Origin: Escherichia coli
Lineage (GTDB): Bacteria > Pseudomonadota > Gammaproteobacteria > Enterobacterales > Enterobacteriaceae
Assembly (NCBI RefSeq): GCF_051903065.1
Contig: NZ_CP178438.1
Direction: 5' to 3' (one strand)
DNA: 64,000 bases
Within the stretch, counting starts at the first letter, position 1. Each line of letters opens with the position of its first letter. The notes below the pieces were generated by a model. That model was not told the DNA's origin. It did not search any database and saw only the letters and a program-made list of their open reading frames with translations. Both the position numbers and the translations under genes were made by a program. This document shows positions 33,885 through 45,615 of this stretch, piece by piece.

Positions 33885-35564
33885 ATGAAACAGAAAATTA
33901 CGGATTACCTGGACGAAATCTACGGTGGAACATTTACCGCAACTCATTTACAGAAACTTGTAACGCGTCTTGAGAGTGCGAAACGATTAATTACACAGCG
34001 ACGTAAAAAACACTGGGATGAAAGTGACGTCGTGTTAATTACCTATGCCGATCAATTTCACAGTAATGGTTTAAAACCACTACCCACATTTAATCAGTTT
34101 TACCATCAATGGCTGCAATGCATTTTTTCACATGTTCATTTATTACCTTTTTACCCATGGTCATCTGATGATGGATTTTCGGTAATTGATTATCATCAGG
34201 TCGCCAGTGAAGCGGGGGAGTGGCAGGATATTCAGCAGCTCGGTGAATGCAGTCATTTAATGTTTGATTTTGTCTGCAACCATATGTCGGCAAAAAGTGA
34301 ATGGTTTAAAAACTATTTGCAACAGCTTCCGGGTTTTGAAGATTTTTTTATTGCGGTTGATCCGCAAACCGATCTCAGCGCTGTCACCCGTCCGCGTGCA
34401 TTACCGCTATTAACGCCGTTTCAAATGGATGATAATTCCACGCGCCATTTATGGACCACCTTTAGCGACGATCAAATTGACCTGAATTACCGTAGCCCTG
34501 ACGTGTTGCTGGCGATGGTGGATGTTTTGCTTTGTTACCTGGAAAAGGGCGCAGAGTATGTCCGCCTGGATGCCGTTGGCTTTATGTGGAAAGAGCCGGG
34601 AACAAGCTGCATCCATCTGGAAAAAACACATCTGATTATCAAACTGTTACGGTCGATTATTGATAACGTCGCGCCAGGCACAGTGATCATTACCGAGACC
34701 AATGTTCCGCATAAAGACAACATTGCTTACTTTGGCAACGGCGATGATGAAGCCCATATGGTGTATCAGTTCTCGTTGCCGCCGCTGGTGCTGCATGCGG
34801 TGCAAAAACAGAACGTCGAGGCGCTGTGCCAGTGGGCGCAAAGTCTGAGCTTGCCCTCCGGTAAAACGACCTGGTTTAACTTCCTCGCCTCTCACGATGG
34901 CATCGGGCTGAACCCACTGCGGGGCTTGTTACCAGAAAGCGAAATATTAGCGCTGGTCGAGGCATTACAGCAGGAAGGTGCATTAGTAAACTGGAAAAAT
35001 AATCCCGACGGTACGCGCAGTCCCTATGAAATAAATGTCACCTATATGGATGCGTTAAGCCGCCGCGAGAGTAGCGATGAAGAACGTTGCGCCAGGTTTA
35101 TCCTTGCCCATGCGATTTTGTTAAGTTTCCCCGGTGTGCCAGCGATATATATTCAAAGTATTCTGGGCTCGCGTAATGATTACGCAGGTGTCGAAAAACT
35201 CGGATATAACCGTGCGATTAACCGTAAAAAATATCACAGTGAAGAGATAACCCGAGAACTGAACGATGAAGCTACATTAAGGCATGCGGTATATCATGAG
35301 TTGTCGCGTTTAATTACACTTCGTCGCAGCCATAACGAGTTTCATCCGGATAATAATTTTACCATCGATACGGTTAATTCATCCGTAATGCGTATTCAAA
35401 GAAGTAACGCAGAGGGTAATTGTCTGACCGGATTGTTTAATGTCAGTAAAAATATTCAGCATGTAAATATTACTGGCCTGCACGGTCGGGATCTGATTAG
35501 TGAAGTTGATATATTGGGTAATAAAATAACGCTGCGCCCCTGGCAGGTTATGTGGATTAAATAA
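33885..35564 (+). CDS. ycjM: GH13-family sugar phosphorylase (sucrose/glucosylglycerate phosphorylase-like)
   Basis: ORF 33858..35564; start set at MKQKITDYLDE... Confidence 0.85.
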   Translation: MKQKITDYLDEIYGGTFTATHLQKLVTRLESAKRLITQRRKKHWDESDVVLITYADQFHSNGLKPLPTFNQFYHQWLQCIFSHVHLLPFYPWSSDDGFSVIDYHQVASEAGEWQDIQQLGECSHLMFDFVCNHMSAKSEWFKNYLQQLPGFEDFFIAVDPQTDLSAVTRPRALPLLTPFQMDDNSTRHLWTTFSDDQIDLNYRSPDVLLAMVDVLLCYLEKGAEYVRLDAVGFMWKEPGTSCIHLEKTHLIIKLLRSIIDNVAPGTVIITETNVPHKDNIAYFGNGDDEAHMVYQFSLPPLVLHAVQKQNVEALCQWAQSLSLPSGKTTWFNFLASHDGIGLNPLRGLLPESEILALVEALQQEGALVNWKNNPDGTRSPYEINVTYMDALSRRESSDEERCARFILAHAILLSFPGVPAIYIQSILGSRNDYAGVEKLGYNRAINRKKYHSEEITRELNDEATLRHAVYHELSRLITLRRSHNEFHPDNNFTIDTVNSSVMRIQRSNAEGNCLTGLFNVSKNIQHVNITGLHGRDLISEVDILGNKITLRPWQVMWIK

Positions 35565-35577
35565 AAAGGAACATCTC

Positions 35578-36870
35578 ATGATTAAATCAAAAATCGTGCT
35601 GTTATCAGCACTGGTTTCCTGCGCCCTGATTTCAGGCTGTAAAGAAGAAAATAAAACCCATGTATCCATCGAATTTATGCATTCTTCGGTGGAGCAGGAG
35701 CGTCAGGCAGTTATCAGCAAATTGATTGCCCGTTTTGAAAAAGAAAACCCAGGTATCACCGTTAAACAAGTGCCCGTGGAAGAAGACGCTTATAACACCA
35801 AAGTCATCACCCTTTCACGTAGCGGCTCGCTGCCGGAAGTGATCGAAACCAGCCATGACTACGCCAAAGTTATGGATAAAGAGCAGCTTATCGATCGCAA
35901 AGCGGTTGCCACGGTCATCAGCAACGTTGGTGAAGACGCGTTTTACGATGGCGTACTGCGTATTGTGCGTACCGAAGATGGGAGTGCCTAGACCGGTGTT
36001 CCCGTCAGCGCCTGGATTGGCGGCATCTGGTATCGCAAAGATGTGCTGGCAAAAGCCGGGCTGGAGGAGCCGAAAAACTGGCAACAGCTGCTGGACGTTG
36101 CACAGAAACTGAATGACCCGGCGAATAAAAAATACGGTATTGCGCTGCCTACGGCAGAAAGCGTGCTGACGGAACAATCCTTCTCCCAGTTTGCGTTATC
36201 CAACCAGGCCAATGTCTTTAACTCTGCAGGCAAAATCACCCTTGATACACCAGAGATGATGCAAGCACTGACCTATTACCGCGACCTTGCCACCAACACC
36301 ATGCCGGGTTCTAACGATATCATGGAAGTGAAAGACGCCTTTATGAACGGCACCGCGCCGATGGCGATTTACTCCACCTATATCCTTCCGGCTGTGATTA
36401 AAGAAGGCGATCCGAAAAACGTCGGTTTCGTCGTGCCAACGGAGAAAAACTCTGCGGTCTACGGCATGTTGACCTCGCTGACCATTACCGCCGGGCAAAA
36501 GACCGAAGAAACGGAAGCAGCAGAAAAATTCGTCACCTTTATGGAGCAGGCGGACAACATTGCCGACTGGGTGATGATGTCGCCAGGCGCGGCACTGCCG
36601 GTGAACAAAGCGGTTGTCACTACCGCCACCTGGAAAGACAACGACGTGATCAAGGCGCTGGGTGAACTGCCGAATCAGTTAATTGGTGAACTGCCAAATA
36701 TTCAGGTTTTTGGCGCAGTAGGGGATAAAAACTTTACCCGCATGGGTGATGTGACGGGTTCTGGCGTGGTGAGTTCAATGGTGCATAACGTCACCGTGGG
36801 TAAAGCCGATCTCTCTACTACGCTGCAAGCGAGCCAGAAAAAACTGGATGAACTGATCGAACAGCACTAA
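35578..36870 (+). pseudogene. ycjN: ABC-transporter periplasmic sugar-binding protein interrupted by an in-frame amber codon (TAG at 35989..35991)
   Basis: ORFs 35578..35991 and 36043..36870 are in the same frame; the protein reads continuously across the single TAG (...RTEDGSA*TGVPVSAWIGG...). Confidence 0.8.
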
Positions 36871-36890
36871 ACCCAGGACAGGAATCCGCA

Positions 36891-37772
36891 ATGAACAGGC
36901 TTTTTTCAGGTCGTTCCGATATGCCCTTTGCGCTGCTGCTTCTCGCGCCCAGCTTATTACTGCTGGGCGGTCTGGTGGCGTGGCCGATGGTGTCGAATAT
37001 CGAAATCAGTTTTTTACGTCTGCCGCTCAATCCCAACATCGAGTCAACGTTTGTTGGGGTGAGTAACTATGTACGCATTCTCTCCGATCCCGGCTTCTGG
37101 CACTCGCTGTGGATGACGGTCTGGTATACGGCGCTGGTGGTGGCGGGCAGCACCGTGCTCGGGCTGGCGGTGGCGATGTTTTTCAACCGCGAGTTCCGCC
37201 TGCGCAAAACCGCGCGTTCGCTGGTGATCCTCTCCTACGTAACGCCGTCTATTTCGCTGGTGTTTGCCTGGAAATACATGTTCAACAACGGCTACGGCAT
37301 TGTGAACTACCTCGGCGTCGATCTTCTGCATCTCTATGAGCAGGCACCGCTGTGGTTCGATAATCCGAGCAGTAGCTTTGTGCTGGTGGTGCTGTTCGCC
37401 ATCTGGCGCTACTTCCCGTATGCCTTTATCTCGTTTCTGGCGATTTTGCAGACCATCGACAAATCGCTGTACGAAGCGGCAGAGATGGATGGCGCTAATG
37501 CCTGGCAACGGTTTCGCATCGTCACGCTGCCCGCAATTATGCCGGTCCTGGCGACGGTGGTGACCCTGCGCACCATCTGGATGTTCTACATGTTCGCTGA
37601 CGTTTATCTGCTGACGACGAAGGTCGATATTCTCGGCGTTTATCTCTACAAAACCGCCTTTGCCTTTAATGACTTAGGGAAAGCGGCGGCGATCTCGGTG
37701 GTGCTCTTCATCATTATTTTCGCTGTCATTCTGCTGACCAGAAAACGGGTGAACCTCAATGGCAACAAATAA
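36891..37772 (+). CDS. ycjO: ABC transporter permease
   Basis: 293-aa polytopic membrane ORF, MalF/G-type. Confidence 0.85.
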   Translation: MNRLFSGRSDMPFALLLLAPSLLLLGGLVAWPMVSNIEISFLRLPLNPNIESTFVGVSNYVRILSDPGFWHSLWMTVWYTALVVAGSTVLGLAVAMFFNREFRLRKTARSLVILSYVTPSISLVFAWKYMFNNGYGIVNYLGVDLLHLYEQAPLWFDNPSSSFVLVVLFAIWRYFPYAFISFLAILQTIDKSLYEAAEMDGANAWQRFRIVTLPAIMPVLATVVTLRTIWMFYMFADVYLLTTKVDILGVYLYKTAFAFNDLGKAAAISVVLFIIIFAVILLTRKRVNLNGNK

Positions 37773-38601
37773 ACGCACACTCAGTCGCATCGGTTTTTAC
37801 TGCGGGCTGGCGCTGTTTCTCATCATCACGCTGTTTCCGTTTTTTGTGATGCTGATGACCTCGTTCAAGAGCGCAAAAGAGGCGATCTCGCTGCATCCTA
37901 CGCTGCTGCCACAGCAGTGGACGCTGGAGCATTACGTCGACATTTTTAACCCGATGATTTTCCCGTTTGTCGACTACTTCCGTAACAGCATGGTGGTGTC
38001 GGTGGTTTCATCCGTGGTGGTGGTATTTCTCGGTATTCTCGGGGCTTACGCGCTTTCTCGCCTGCGCTTTAAAGGTCGGATGACCATCAACGCCAGCTTT
38101 TACACGGTGTACATGTTCTCCGGCATTTTGCTGGTGGTGCCGCTGTTCAAAATTATCACCGCACTTGGCATTTACGACACCGAGATGGCGCTGATCATTA
38201 CCATGGTGACGCAAACTCTGCCCACCGCCGTGTTTATGCTGAAAAGTTACTTCGACACCATCCCTGATGAGATCGAAGAAGCGGCGATGATGGATGGCCT
38301 CAACCGTCTGCAAATCATCTTCCGTATCACCGTGCCCCTGGCGATGTCCGGGCTGATATCGGTGTTCGTCTACTGCTTTATGGTGGCGTGGAACGACTAT
38401 CTGTTTGCGTCGATTTTCCTCTCCAGCGCCAGCAATTTCACCTTACCGGTGGGCCTGAACGCGCTGTTCAGTACGCCTGATTACATCTGGGGACGGATGA
38501 TGGCGGCCTCGCTGGTGACCGCATTGCCGGTGGTGATTATGTATGCGCTTTCGGAACGTTTTATTAAGAGTGGTTTGACCGCCGGTGGCGTGAAGGGCTA
38601 A
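37759..38601 (+). CDS. ycjP: ABC transporter permease
   Basis: 280-aa polytopic membrane ORF. Confidence 0.85.
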   Translation: MATNKRTLSRIGFYCGLALFLIITLFPFFVMLMTSFKSAKEAISLHPTLLPQQWTLEHYVDIFNPMIFPFVDYFRNSMVVSVVSSVVVVFLGILGAYALSRLRFKGRMTINASFYTVYMFSGILLVVPLFKIITALGIYDTEMALIITMVTQTLPTAVFMLKSYFDTIPDEIEEAAMMDGLNRLQIIFRITVPLAMSGLISVFVYCFMVAWNDYLFASIFLSSASNFTLPVGLNALFSTPDYIWGRMMAASLVTALPVVIMYALSERFIKSGLTAGGVKG

Positions 38602-38631
38602 AGCGGCCAGTTTCTTTACAAGGAGTTTTAC

Positions 38632-39684
38632 ATGAAAAAGTTAGTAGCCACAGCACCGCGCGTTGCTGCGCTGGTTGAGTATGAAGATCGGGCGATTTTA
38701 GCCAATGAAGTGAAGATCCGCGTGCGTTTCGGCGCACCGAAACACGGAACGGAAGTGGTCGACTTCCGCGCCGCCAGCCCGTTTATCGATGAAGACTTTA
38801 ACGGCGAGTGGCAGATGTTCACCCCGCGTCCGGCAGATGCGCCGCGCGGCATTGAGTTTGGCAAATTCCAGCTTGGCAACATGGTGGTTGGCGACATTAT
38901 CGAGTGCGGCAGCGACGTTACCGACTACGCGGTGGGCGACAGCGTATGCGGCTACGGCCCGCTCTCCGAGACGGTCATCATTAACGCAGTGAATAACTAC
39001 AAGCTGCGCAAAATGCCGCAAGGCAGCTCCTGGAAAAACGCCGTCTGTTACGACCCGGCGCAGTTTGCCATGAGCGGCGTGCGCGATGCCAACGTACGCG
39101 TAGGGGATTTTGTCGTGGTGGTAGGGCTTGGCGCGATCGGTCAAATTGCCATCCAACTGGCGAAACGCGCTGGCGCATCGGTGGTAATTGGCGTCGATCC
39201 TATCGCCCATCGCTGTGATATTGCCCGTCGCCACGGTGCTGATTTCTGCCTTAACCCCATTGGCACTGACGTAGGCAAAGAGATCAAAACGCTGACCGGC
39301 AAGCAGGGTGCCGATGTGATTATCGAAACCAGCGGTTACGCCGACGCGCTGCAATCGGCGCTGCGCGGTCTGGCCTACGGCGGCACCATCTCTTATGTCG
39401 CGTTTGCCAAACCATTTGCTGAAGGTTTTAACCTCGGACGCGAAGCGCATTTCAATAACGCCAAAATTGTTTTCTCCCGCGCGTGCAGCGAACCGAACCC
39501 GGATTATCCGCGCTGGAGCCGTAAGCGTATTGAAGAAACCTGCTGGGAACTGCTGATGAACGGTTATCTCAATTGCGAAGATTTAATCGACCCGGTAGTG
39601 ACCTTTGCCAACAGCCCGGAAAGCTACATGCAGTATGTCGATCAGCATCCGGAACAGAGCATCAAAATGGGCGTTACGTTTTAA
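38632..39684 (+). CDS. ycjQ: Zn-dependent alcohol/sugar dehydrogenase (MDR family)
   Basis: 350-aa ORF with GLGAIG Rossmann motif. Confidence 0.85.
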   Translation: MKKLVATAPRVAALVEYEDRAILANEVKIRVRFGAPKHGTEVVDFRAASPFIDEDFNGEWQMFTPRPADAPRGIEFGKFQLGNMVVGDIIECGSDVTDYAVGDSVCGYGPLSETVIINAVNNYKLRKMPQGSSWKNAVCYDPAQFAMSGVRDANVRVGDFVVVVGLGAIGQIAIQLAKRAGASVVIGVDPIAHRCDIARRHGADFCLNPIGTDVGKEIKTLTGKQGADVIIETSGYADALQSALRGLAYGGTISYVAFAKPFAEGFNLGREAHFNNAKIVFSRACSEPNPDYPRWSRKRIEETCWELLMNGYLNCEDLIDPVVTFANSPESYMQYVDQHPEQSIKMGVTF

Positions 39685-39701
39685 TTCAAAGGAATGAAAA
39701 A

Positions 39702-40490
39702 ATGAAAATAGGCACACAGAATCAGGCATTCTTTCCGGAAAATATCCGCGAGAAATTTCGTTATATCAAAGAGATGGGCTTCGATGGTTTTGAGATTGAC
39801 GGCAAACTGCTGGTCAACAACATCGAAGAAGTCAAAGCGGCGATCAAAGAAACCGGTTTACCAGTGACCACCGCCTGCGGCGGCTATGACGGCTGGATTG
39901 GTGACTTTATCGAAGAGCGTCGTCTTAATGGCTTAAAGCAGATCGAACGCATTCTCGAAGCGCTGGCAGAAGTGGGGGGTAAAGGTATCGTCGTTCCGGC
40001 AGCGTGGGGCATGTTTACCTTCCGCTTACCGCCGATGACCTCGCCGCGTAGCCTGGACGGCGACCGCAAAATGGTGAGTGATTCCCTGCGCGTACTGGAA
40101 CAGGTCGCCGCGCGTACCGGAACCGTGGTGTATCTCGAACCGTTAAACCGCTATCAGGATCATATGATCAACACCCTCGCCGATGCTCGTCGTTACATCG
40201 TCGAAAACAATCTTAAACATGTGCAGATTATCGGCGATTTCTATCACATGAACATCGAAGAAGATAACCTCGCGCAGGCGCTGCACGACAACCGTGACTT
40301 GCTCGGTCATGTGCATATTGCCGATAACCATCGTTACCAGCCGGGCAGCGGCACCCTCGATTTCCACGCGCTGTTTGAACAGCTGCGCGCCGATAACTAT
40401 CAGGGTTATGTGGTGTATGAAGGGCGTATCCGGGCAGAAGATCCTGCCCAGGCGTACCGTGATTCGTTGGCCTGGTTGCGTACCTGCTAA
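39702..40490 (+). CDS. ycjR: Sugar-phosphate isomerase/epimerase (TIM-barrel xylose-isomerase-like)
   Basis: ORF 39573..40490 overlaps ycjQ; start set at MKIGTQNQAFF... Confidence 0.8.
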   Translation: MKIGTQNQAFFPENIREKFRYIKEMGFDGFEIDGKLLVNNIEEVKAAIKETGLPVTTACGGYDGWIGDFIEERRLNGLKQIERILEALAEVGGKGIVVPAAWGMFTFRLPPMTSPRSLDGDRKMVSDSLRVLEQVAARTGTVVYLEPLNRYQDHMINTLADARRYIVENNLKHVQIIGDFYHMNIEEDNLAQALHDNRDLLGHVHIADNHRYQPGSGTLDFHALFEQLRADNYQGYVVYEGRIRAEDPAQAYRDSLAWLRTC

Positions 40491-40499
40491 GAGGTCTTT

Positions 40500-41555
40500 G
40501 TGAAAAGTGCAATGACAAGCTCTCCGCTGCGTGTCGCGATAATAGGCGCAGGCCAGGTGGCGGATAAGGTTCATGCTTCGTACTACTGCACCCGCAACGA
40601 TCTGGAACTGGTGGCTGTCTGTGACAGCCGCCTTTCCCAGGCGCAGGCGCTGGCAGAAAAATACGGGAATGCATCCGTGTGGGACGATCCGCAGGCCATG
40701 CTGCTGGCGGTGAAACCTGATGTGGTTAGCGTCTGCTCACCTAACCGTTTTCATTACGAACATACCCTGATGGCGCTTGAAGCGGGCTGCCATGTGATGT
40801 GCGAAAAACCGCCCGCCATGACGCCAGAACAGGCGCGGGAAATGTGCGATACCGCGCGCAAACAGGGCAAGGTGCTGGCCTACGACTTTCACCATCGTTT
40901 TGCGCTCGATACGCAACAGCTGCGTGAACAGGTGACCAACGGCGTTTTGGGAGAGATTTACGTTACCACCGCCCGCGCCCTGCGTCGCTGCGGCGTTCCC
41001 GGCTGGGGTGTCTTTACCAATAAAGAACTGCAAGGTGGTGGCCCACTGATCGACATCGGCATTCATATGCTGGATGCTGCGATGTATGTGCTGGGCTTTC
41101 CGGCGGTGAAAAGCGTGAATGCGCATAGTTTTCAAAAGATCGGCACGCAAAAGAGCTGTGGTCAATTTGGCGAGTGGGATCCGGCAACTTACAGCGTCGA
41201 AGATTCGCTGTTTGGCACCATTGAATTTCATAACGGCGGCATTCTGTGGCTGGAAACGTCATTTGCACTCAACATCCGCGAACAGTCGATTATGAACGTC
41301 AGCTTTTGTGGTGATAAAGCCGGTGCGACGCTGTTTCCAGCACATATCTACACCGATAACAACGGTGAATTAATGACGCTGATGCAACGGGAAATGGCAG
41401 ACGACAACCGCCATTTGCGCAGCATGGAAGCCTTTATCAATCACGTACAGGGCAAGCCCGTGATGATAGCCGACGCCGAGCAGGGGTACATCATCCAGCA
41501 ACTGGTGGCGGCGTTATATCAATCCGCAGAAACAGGGACGCGTGTGGAATTATGA
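40500..41555 (+). CDS. ycjS: Gfo/Idh/MocA-family NAD-dependent oxidoreductase
   Basis: 351-aa ORF, GTG start; N-terminal Rossmann fold (RVAIIGAGQVA). Confidence 0.8.
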   Translation: MKSAMTSSPLRVAIIGAGQVADKVHASYYCTRNDLELVAVCDSRLSQAQALAEKYGNASVWDDPQAMLLAVKPDVVSVCSPNRFHYEHTLMALEAGCHVMCEKPPAMTPEQAREMCDTARKQGKVLAYDFHHRFALDTQQLREQVTNGVLGEIYVTTARALRRCGVPGWGVFTNKELQGGGPLIDIGIHMLDAAMYVLGFPAVKSVNAHSFQKIGTQKSCGQFGEWDPATYSVEDSLFGTIEFHNGGILWLETSFALNIREQSIMNVSFCGDKAGATLFPAHIYTDNNGELMTLMQREMADDNRHLRSMEAFINHVQGKPVMIADAEQGYIIQQLVAALYQSAETGTRVEL

Positions 41556-43819
41556 CCAGGCCAGTAACGTTATCAGAACCCCATTTCAGCCAGCATACCC
41601 TGAACAAGTATGCATCGCTGATGGCGCAGGGGAACGGCTATCTTGGGCTTCGCGCCAGCCATGAAGAAGATTACACGCGCCAGACGCGAGGGATGTATCT
41701 GGCGGGGCTGTATCATCGGGCGGGAAAAGGTGAAATCAACGAACTGGTGAACCTGCCTGATATCTTGGGGATGGAGATTGCCATAAATGGTGAGGTTTTC
41801 TCGTTATCCCACGAAGCCTGGCAGCGTGAGCTTGACTTTGCCAGTGGCGAATTACGCCGCAACGTTGTCTGGCGTACCAGCAACGGCGCAGGTTACACCA
41901 TCGCCAGCCGTCGCTTTGTTTCGGCAGACCAACTGCCGCTCATTGCGCTGGAAATCACTATTACGCCACTGGACGCCGACGCGTCAGTGCTGATTTCAAC
42001 AGGTATCGACGCCACGCAAACCAACCACGGTCGCCAACATCTCGACGAAACCCAGGTGCGGGTGTTTGGTCAGCATCTGATGCAGGGGATCTACACCACC
42101 CAGGATGGACGCAGTGATGTGGCCATCAGCTGTTGCTGTAAGGTGAGCGGTGATGTGCAGCAATGCTATACCGCCAAAGAGCGCCGTTTGCTGCAACATA
42201 CCAGTGCGCAGCTTCATGCAGGCGAGACAGTGACGTTGCAAAAACTGGTGTGGATCGACTGGCGGGATGACAGGCAAGCCGTTTTAGACGAGTGGGGCAG
42301 CGCGTCGCTTCGCCAGCTTGAAATGTGCGCGCAGCAGAGTTACGACCAACTTCTTGCAGCATCAACAGAAAACTGGCGTCAATGGTGGCAGAAACGTCGT
42401 ATCACGGTAAATGGCGGCGATGCGCACGATCAGCAAGCGTTAGATTATGCGCTTTATCATCTGCGCATCATGACGCCGGCTCACGACGAGCGCAGCAGTA
42501 TTGCGGCAAAAGGCTTAACCGGCGAAGGCTACAAAGGCCACGTTTTCTGGGATACAGAAGTATTTTTGCTACCGTTTCATCTGTTTAGCGATCCGACGGT
42601 TGCCCGAAGTTTACTGCGTTATCGCTGGCACAACTTGCCTGGCGCGCAGGAGAAAGCGCGACGCAATGGCTGGCAGGGCGCGCTATTTCCGTGGGAAAGC
42701 GCGCGCAGCGGCGAAGAAGAGACGCCAGAATTTGCCGCCATTAACATTCGTACCGGGCTGCGGCAAAAAGTGGCCTCGGCGCAGGCGGAACATCATCTGG
42801 TGGCCGATATCGCCTGGGCGGTTATTCAATACTGGCAGACCACGGGGGATGAAAGTTTCATTGCTCATGAAGGCATGGCGCTACTTCTGGAAACTGCAAA
42901 GTTCTGGATTAGCCGCGCGGTGAGGGTTAACGACCGTCTGGAAATTCATGATGTTATTGGGCCAGACGAATATACCGAACATGTCAATAATAACGCCTTC
43001 ACCAGCTATATGGCGTATTACAACGTCCAGCAGGCGCTGAACATCGCCCGCCGGTTCGGCTGTAGCGACGTTGCGTTTATCCATCGCGCCGAAATGTTCC
43101 TCAAAGAGTTGTGGCTGTCAGAAATTCAGCCCGACGGCGTTTTGCCGCAGGATGATTCGTTTATGGCTAAGCCGGCGATTAATCTGGCGAAATACAAAGC
43201 GGCGGCGGGGAAGCAAACCATTCTGCTGGATTATTCACGCGCAGAAGTGAACGAGATGCAGATCCTCAAACAAGCTGATGTGGTGATGCTCAATTACATG
43301 CTGCCGGAGCAGTTCTCAGCGGCATCGTGTCTTGCCAATCTGCAATTTTATGAACCGCGCACTATTCACGACTCGTCATTAAGTAAAGCAATCCACGGCA
43401 TTGTTGCCGCACGCTGTGGCCTGCTGACCCAAAGTTATCAGTTCTGGCGCGAAGGGACTGAAATCGATCTTGGTGCTGATCCGCATAGTTGTGATGATGG
43501 TATCCATGCTGCCGCAACTGGCGCTATCTGGCTGGGGGCGATTCAGGGTTTTGCCGGGGTGAGCGTGCGTGACGGTGAATTGCATCTAAATCCGGCGTTA
43601 CCTGAGCAGTGGCAACAGTTGTCTTTCCCTCTGTTCTGGCAGGGCTGCGAATTACAGGTCACGCTCGACGCGCAGCGTATTGCGATTCGAACTTCTGCGC
43701 CCGTTTCACTGCGTTTGAACGGGCAGCTTATATCCGTGGCTGAAGAATCTGTTTTCTGTTTGGGTGATTTTATTTTGCCCTTCAATGGGACCGCTACCAC
43801 GCATCAGGAGGATGAATGA
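41552..43819 (+). CDS. ycjT: GH65-family glycoside phosphorylase (kojibiose phosphorylase-like)
   Basis: 755-aa ORF. Confidence 0.85.
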   Translation: MTRPVTLSEPHFSQHTLNKYASLMAQGNGYLGLRASHEEDYTRQTRGMYLAGLYHRAGKGEINELVNLPDILGMEIAINGEVFSLSHEAWQRELDFASGELRRNVVWRTSNGAGYTIASRRFVSADQLPLIALEITITPLDADASVLISTGIDATQTNHGRQHLDETQVRVFGQHLMQGIYTTQDGRSDVAISCCCKVSGDVQQCYTAKERRLLQHTSAQLHAGETVTLQKLVWIDWRDDRQAVLDEWGSASLRQLEMCAQQSYDQLLAASTENWRQWWQKRRITVNGGDAHDQQALDYALYHLRIMTPAHDERSSIAAKGLTGEGYKGHVFWDTEVFLLPFHLFSDPTVARSLLRYRWHNLPGAQEKARRNGWQGALFPWESARSGEEETPEFAAINIRTGLRQKVASAQAEHHLVADIAWAVIQYWQTTGDESFIAHEGMALLLETAKFWISRAVRVNDRLEIHDVIGPDEYTEHVNNNAFTSYMAYYNVQQALNIARRFGCSDVAFIHRAEMFLKELWLSEIQPDGVLPQDDSFMAKPAINLAKYKAAAGKQTILLDYSRAEVNEMQILKQADVVMLNYMLPEQFSAASCLANLQFYEPRTIHDSSLSKAIHGIVAARCGLLTQSYQFWREGTEIDLGADPHSCDDGIHAAATGAIWLGAIQGFAGVSVRDGELHLNPALPEQWQQLSFPLFWQGCELQVTLDAQRIAIRTSAPVSLRLNGQLISVAEESVFCLGDFILPFNGTATTHQEDE

Positions 43820-44475
43820 AACTGCAAGGGGTAATTTTCGATCTGGATGGTGTAATCACCGACACCGCGCATCTGCATTTCCAGGCGTGGCAGCAGATTG
43901 CCGCTGAAATTGGCATCAGCATTGATGCGCAGTTTAACGAATCCCTAAAAGGGATTAGCCGCGATGAGTCTCTGCGGCGCATTCTGCAATACGGGGGCAA
44001 AGAGGGCGACTTTAACTCGCAGGAGCGGGCGCAACTGGCGTATCGCAAAAATCTGCTCTACGTCCACTCACTGCGCGAACTGACGGTTAATGCCGTTCTG
44101 CCGGGGATCCGGCCTTTGCTGGCAGATCTCCGCGCACAGCAGATCCCGGTAGGGCTGGCTTCCGTCTCCCTGAATGCGCCGACGATTTTAGCGGCGCTGG
44201 AGCTGCGCGAGTTTTTCACCTTCTGCGCGGATGCTTCCCAACTTAAAAACTCGAAACCGGATCCGGAAATCTTTCTCGCTGCCTGTGCTGGGCTGGGCGT
44301 GCCGCCGCAGGCATGTATCGGCATTGAAGATGCGCAGGCGGGCATTGACGCCATTAACGCCAGCGGTATGCGCTCGGTGGGGATCGGCGCGGGCTTAACC
44401 GGGGCGCAATTACTGTTGCCTTCAACGGACTCCCTGACCTGGTCGCGGTTATCGGCCTTCTGGCAAAACGTATAG
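43816..44475 (+). CDS. ycjU: Beta-phosphoglucomutase (HAD family)
   Basis: 219-aa ORF with HAD motif DLDGVITDT. Confidence 0.9.
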   Translation: MKLQGVIFDLDGVITDTAHLHFQAWQQIAAEIGISIDAQFNESLKGISRDESLRRILQYGGKEGDFNSQERAQLAYRKNLLYVHSLRELTVNAVLPGIRPLLADLRAQQIPVGLASVSLNAPTILAALELREFFTFCADASQLKNSKPDPEIFLAACAGLGVPPQACIGIEDAQAGIDAINASGMRSVGIGAGLTGAQLLLPSTDSLTWSRLSAFWQNV

Positions 44476-44488
44476 CAAAGGAATCAAC

Positions 44489-45571
44489 ATGGCTCAGCTT
44501 TCGTTACAACATATTCAAAAAATCTACGATAACCAGGTGCATGTGGTGAAGGACTTCAACCTGGAAATTGCCGATAAAGAGTTCATCGTATTTGTCGGCC
44601 CGTCGGGCTGCGGTAAATCGACCACCCTGCGCATGATTGCCGGGCTTGAGGAGATCAGCGGCGGCGATCTGTTGATCGACGGCAAACGAATGAATGACGT
44701 TCCAGCCAAAGCACGCAATATCGCGATGGTGTTCCAGAACTACGCGTTGTATCCGCATATGACGGTTTACGACAACATGGCGTTTGGCCTGAAGATGCAA
44801 AAAATCGCCAAAGAGGTGATTGATGAGCGGGTGAACTGGGCGGCGCAAATTCTCGGCCTGCGTGAGTACCTGAAACGCAAGCCGGGCGCGCTTTCCGGCG
44901 GGCAACGTCAGCGAGTGGCGCTCGGGCGGGCGATTGTACGCGAAGCGGGCGTGTTTTTAATGGATGAACCGCTCTCTAACCTTGATGCCAAGCTGCGCGT
45001 GCAAATGCGCGCAGAGATCAGCAAGCTGCATCAGAAACTGAACACCACCATGATCTACGTGACCCACGATCAGACCGAAGCGATGACCATGGCGACGCGG
45101 ATTGTGATTATGAAAGACGGGATTGTTCAGCAAGTGGGTGCGCCGAAAACCGTTTATAACCAACCCGCGAATATGTTTGTTGCCGGATTTATTGGATCAC
45201 CAGCGATGAATTTTATTCGCGGCACGATCGATGGCGATAAATTCGTTACGGAAACGCTTAAATTAACCATTCCCGAAGAGAAATTAGCGGTTCTGAAAAC
45301 ACAGGAAAGTTTGCATAAGCCCATCGTGATGGGAATGCGCCCGGAAGATATTCATCCGGACGCGCAAGAGGAAAATAATATTTCCGCCAAAATTAGCGTG
45401 GCAGAATTAACCGGTGCGGAATTTATGCTCTACACCACGGTTGGGGGGCACGAGTTAGTGGTCCGTGCTGGTGCGTTAAATGATTATCATGCAGGAGAAA
45501 ATATCACTATTCATTTTGATATGACTAAATGTCATTTCTTTGATGCAGAAACGGAAATAGCAATTCGCTAA
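44489..45571 (+). CDS. ycjV: ABC transporter ATP-binding protein (MalK-like), apparently intact
   Basis: 360-aa ORF with Walker A (GPSGCGKST), signature LSGGQRQR and C-terminal regulatory domain. Confidence 0.85.
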   Translation: MAQLSLQHIQKIYDNQVHVVKDFNLEIADKEFIVFVGPSGCGKSTTLRMIAGLEEISGGDLLIDGKRMNDVPAKARNIAMVFQNYALYPHMTVYDNMAFGLKMQKIAKEVIDERVNWAAQILGLREYLKRKPGALSGGQRQRVALGRAIVREAGVFLMDEPLSNLDAKLRVQMRAEISKLHQKLNTTMIYVTHDQTEAMTMATRIVIMKDGIVQQVGAPKTVYNQPANMFVAGFIGSPAMNFIRGTIDGDKFVTETLKLTIPEEKLAVLKTQESLHKPIVMGMRPEDIHPDAQEENNISAKISVAELTGAEFMLYTTVGGHELVVRAGALNDYHAGENITIHFDMTKCHFFDAETEIAIR

Positions 45572-45615
45572 ATACAGGGGGAAGGCATTCCCCCAGGATA
45601 ATACAAGGAACAATA

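Noticed and set aside
39573-39701. N-terminal extension of ycjR overlapping the 3' end of ycjQ
   Set aside because: The ATG at 39702 gives a start just after the ycjQ stop; the longer ORF is most likely a frame artefact.
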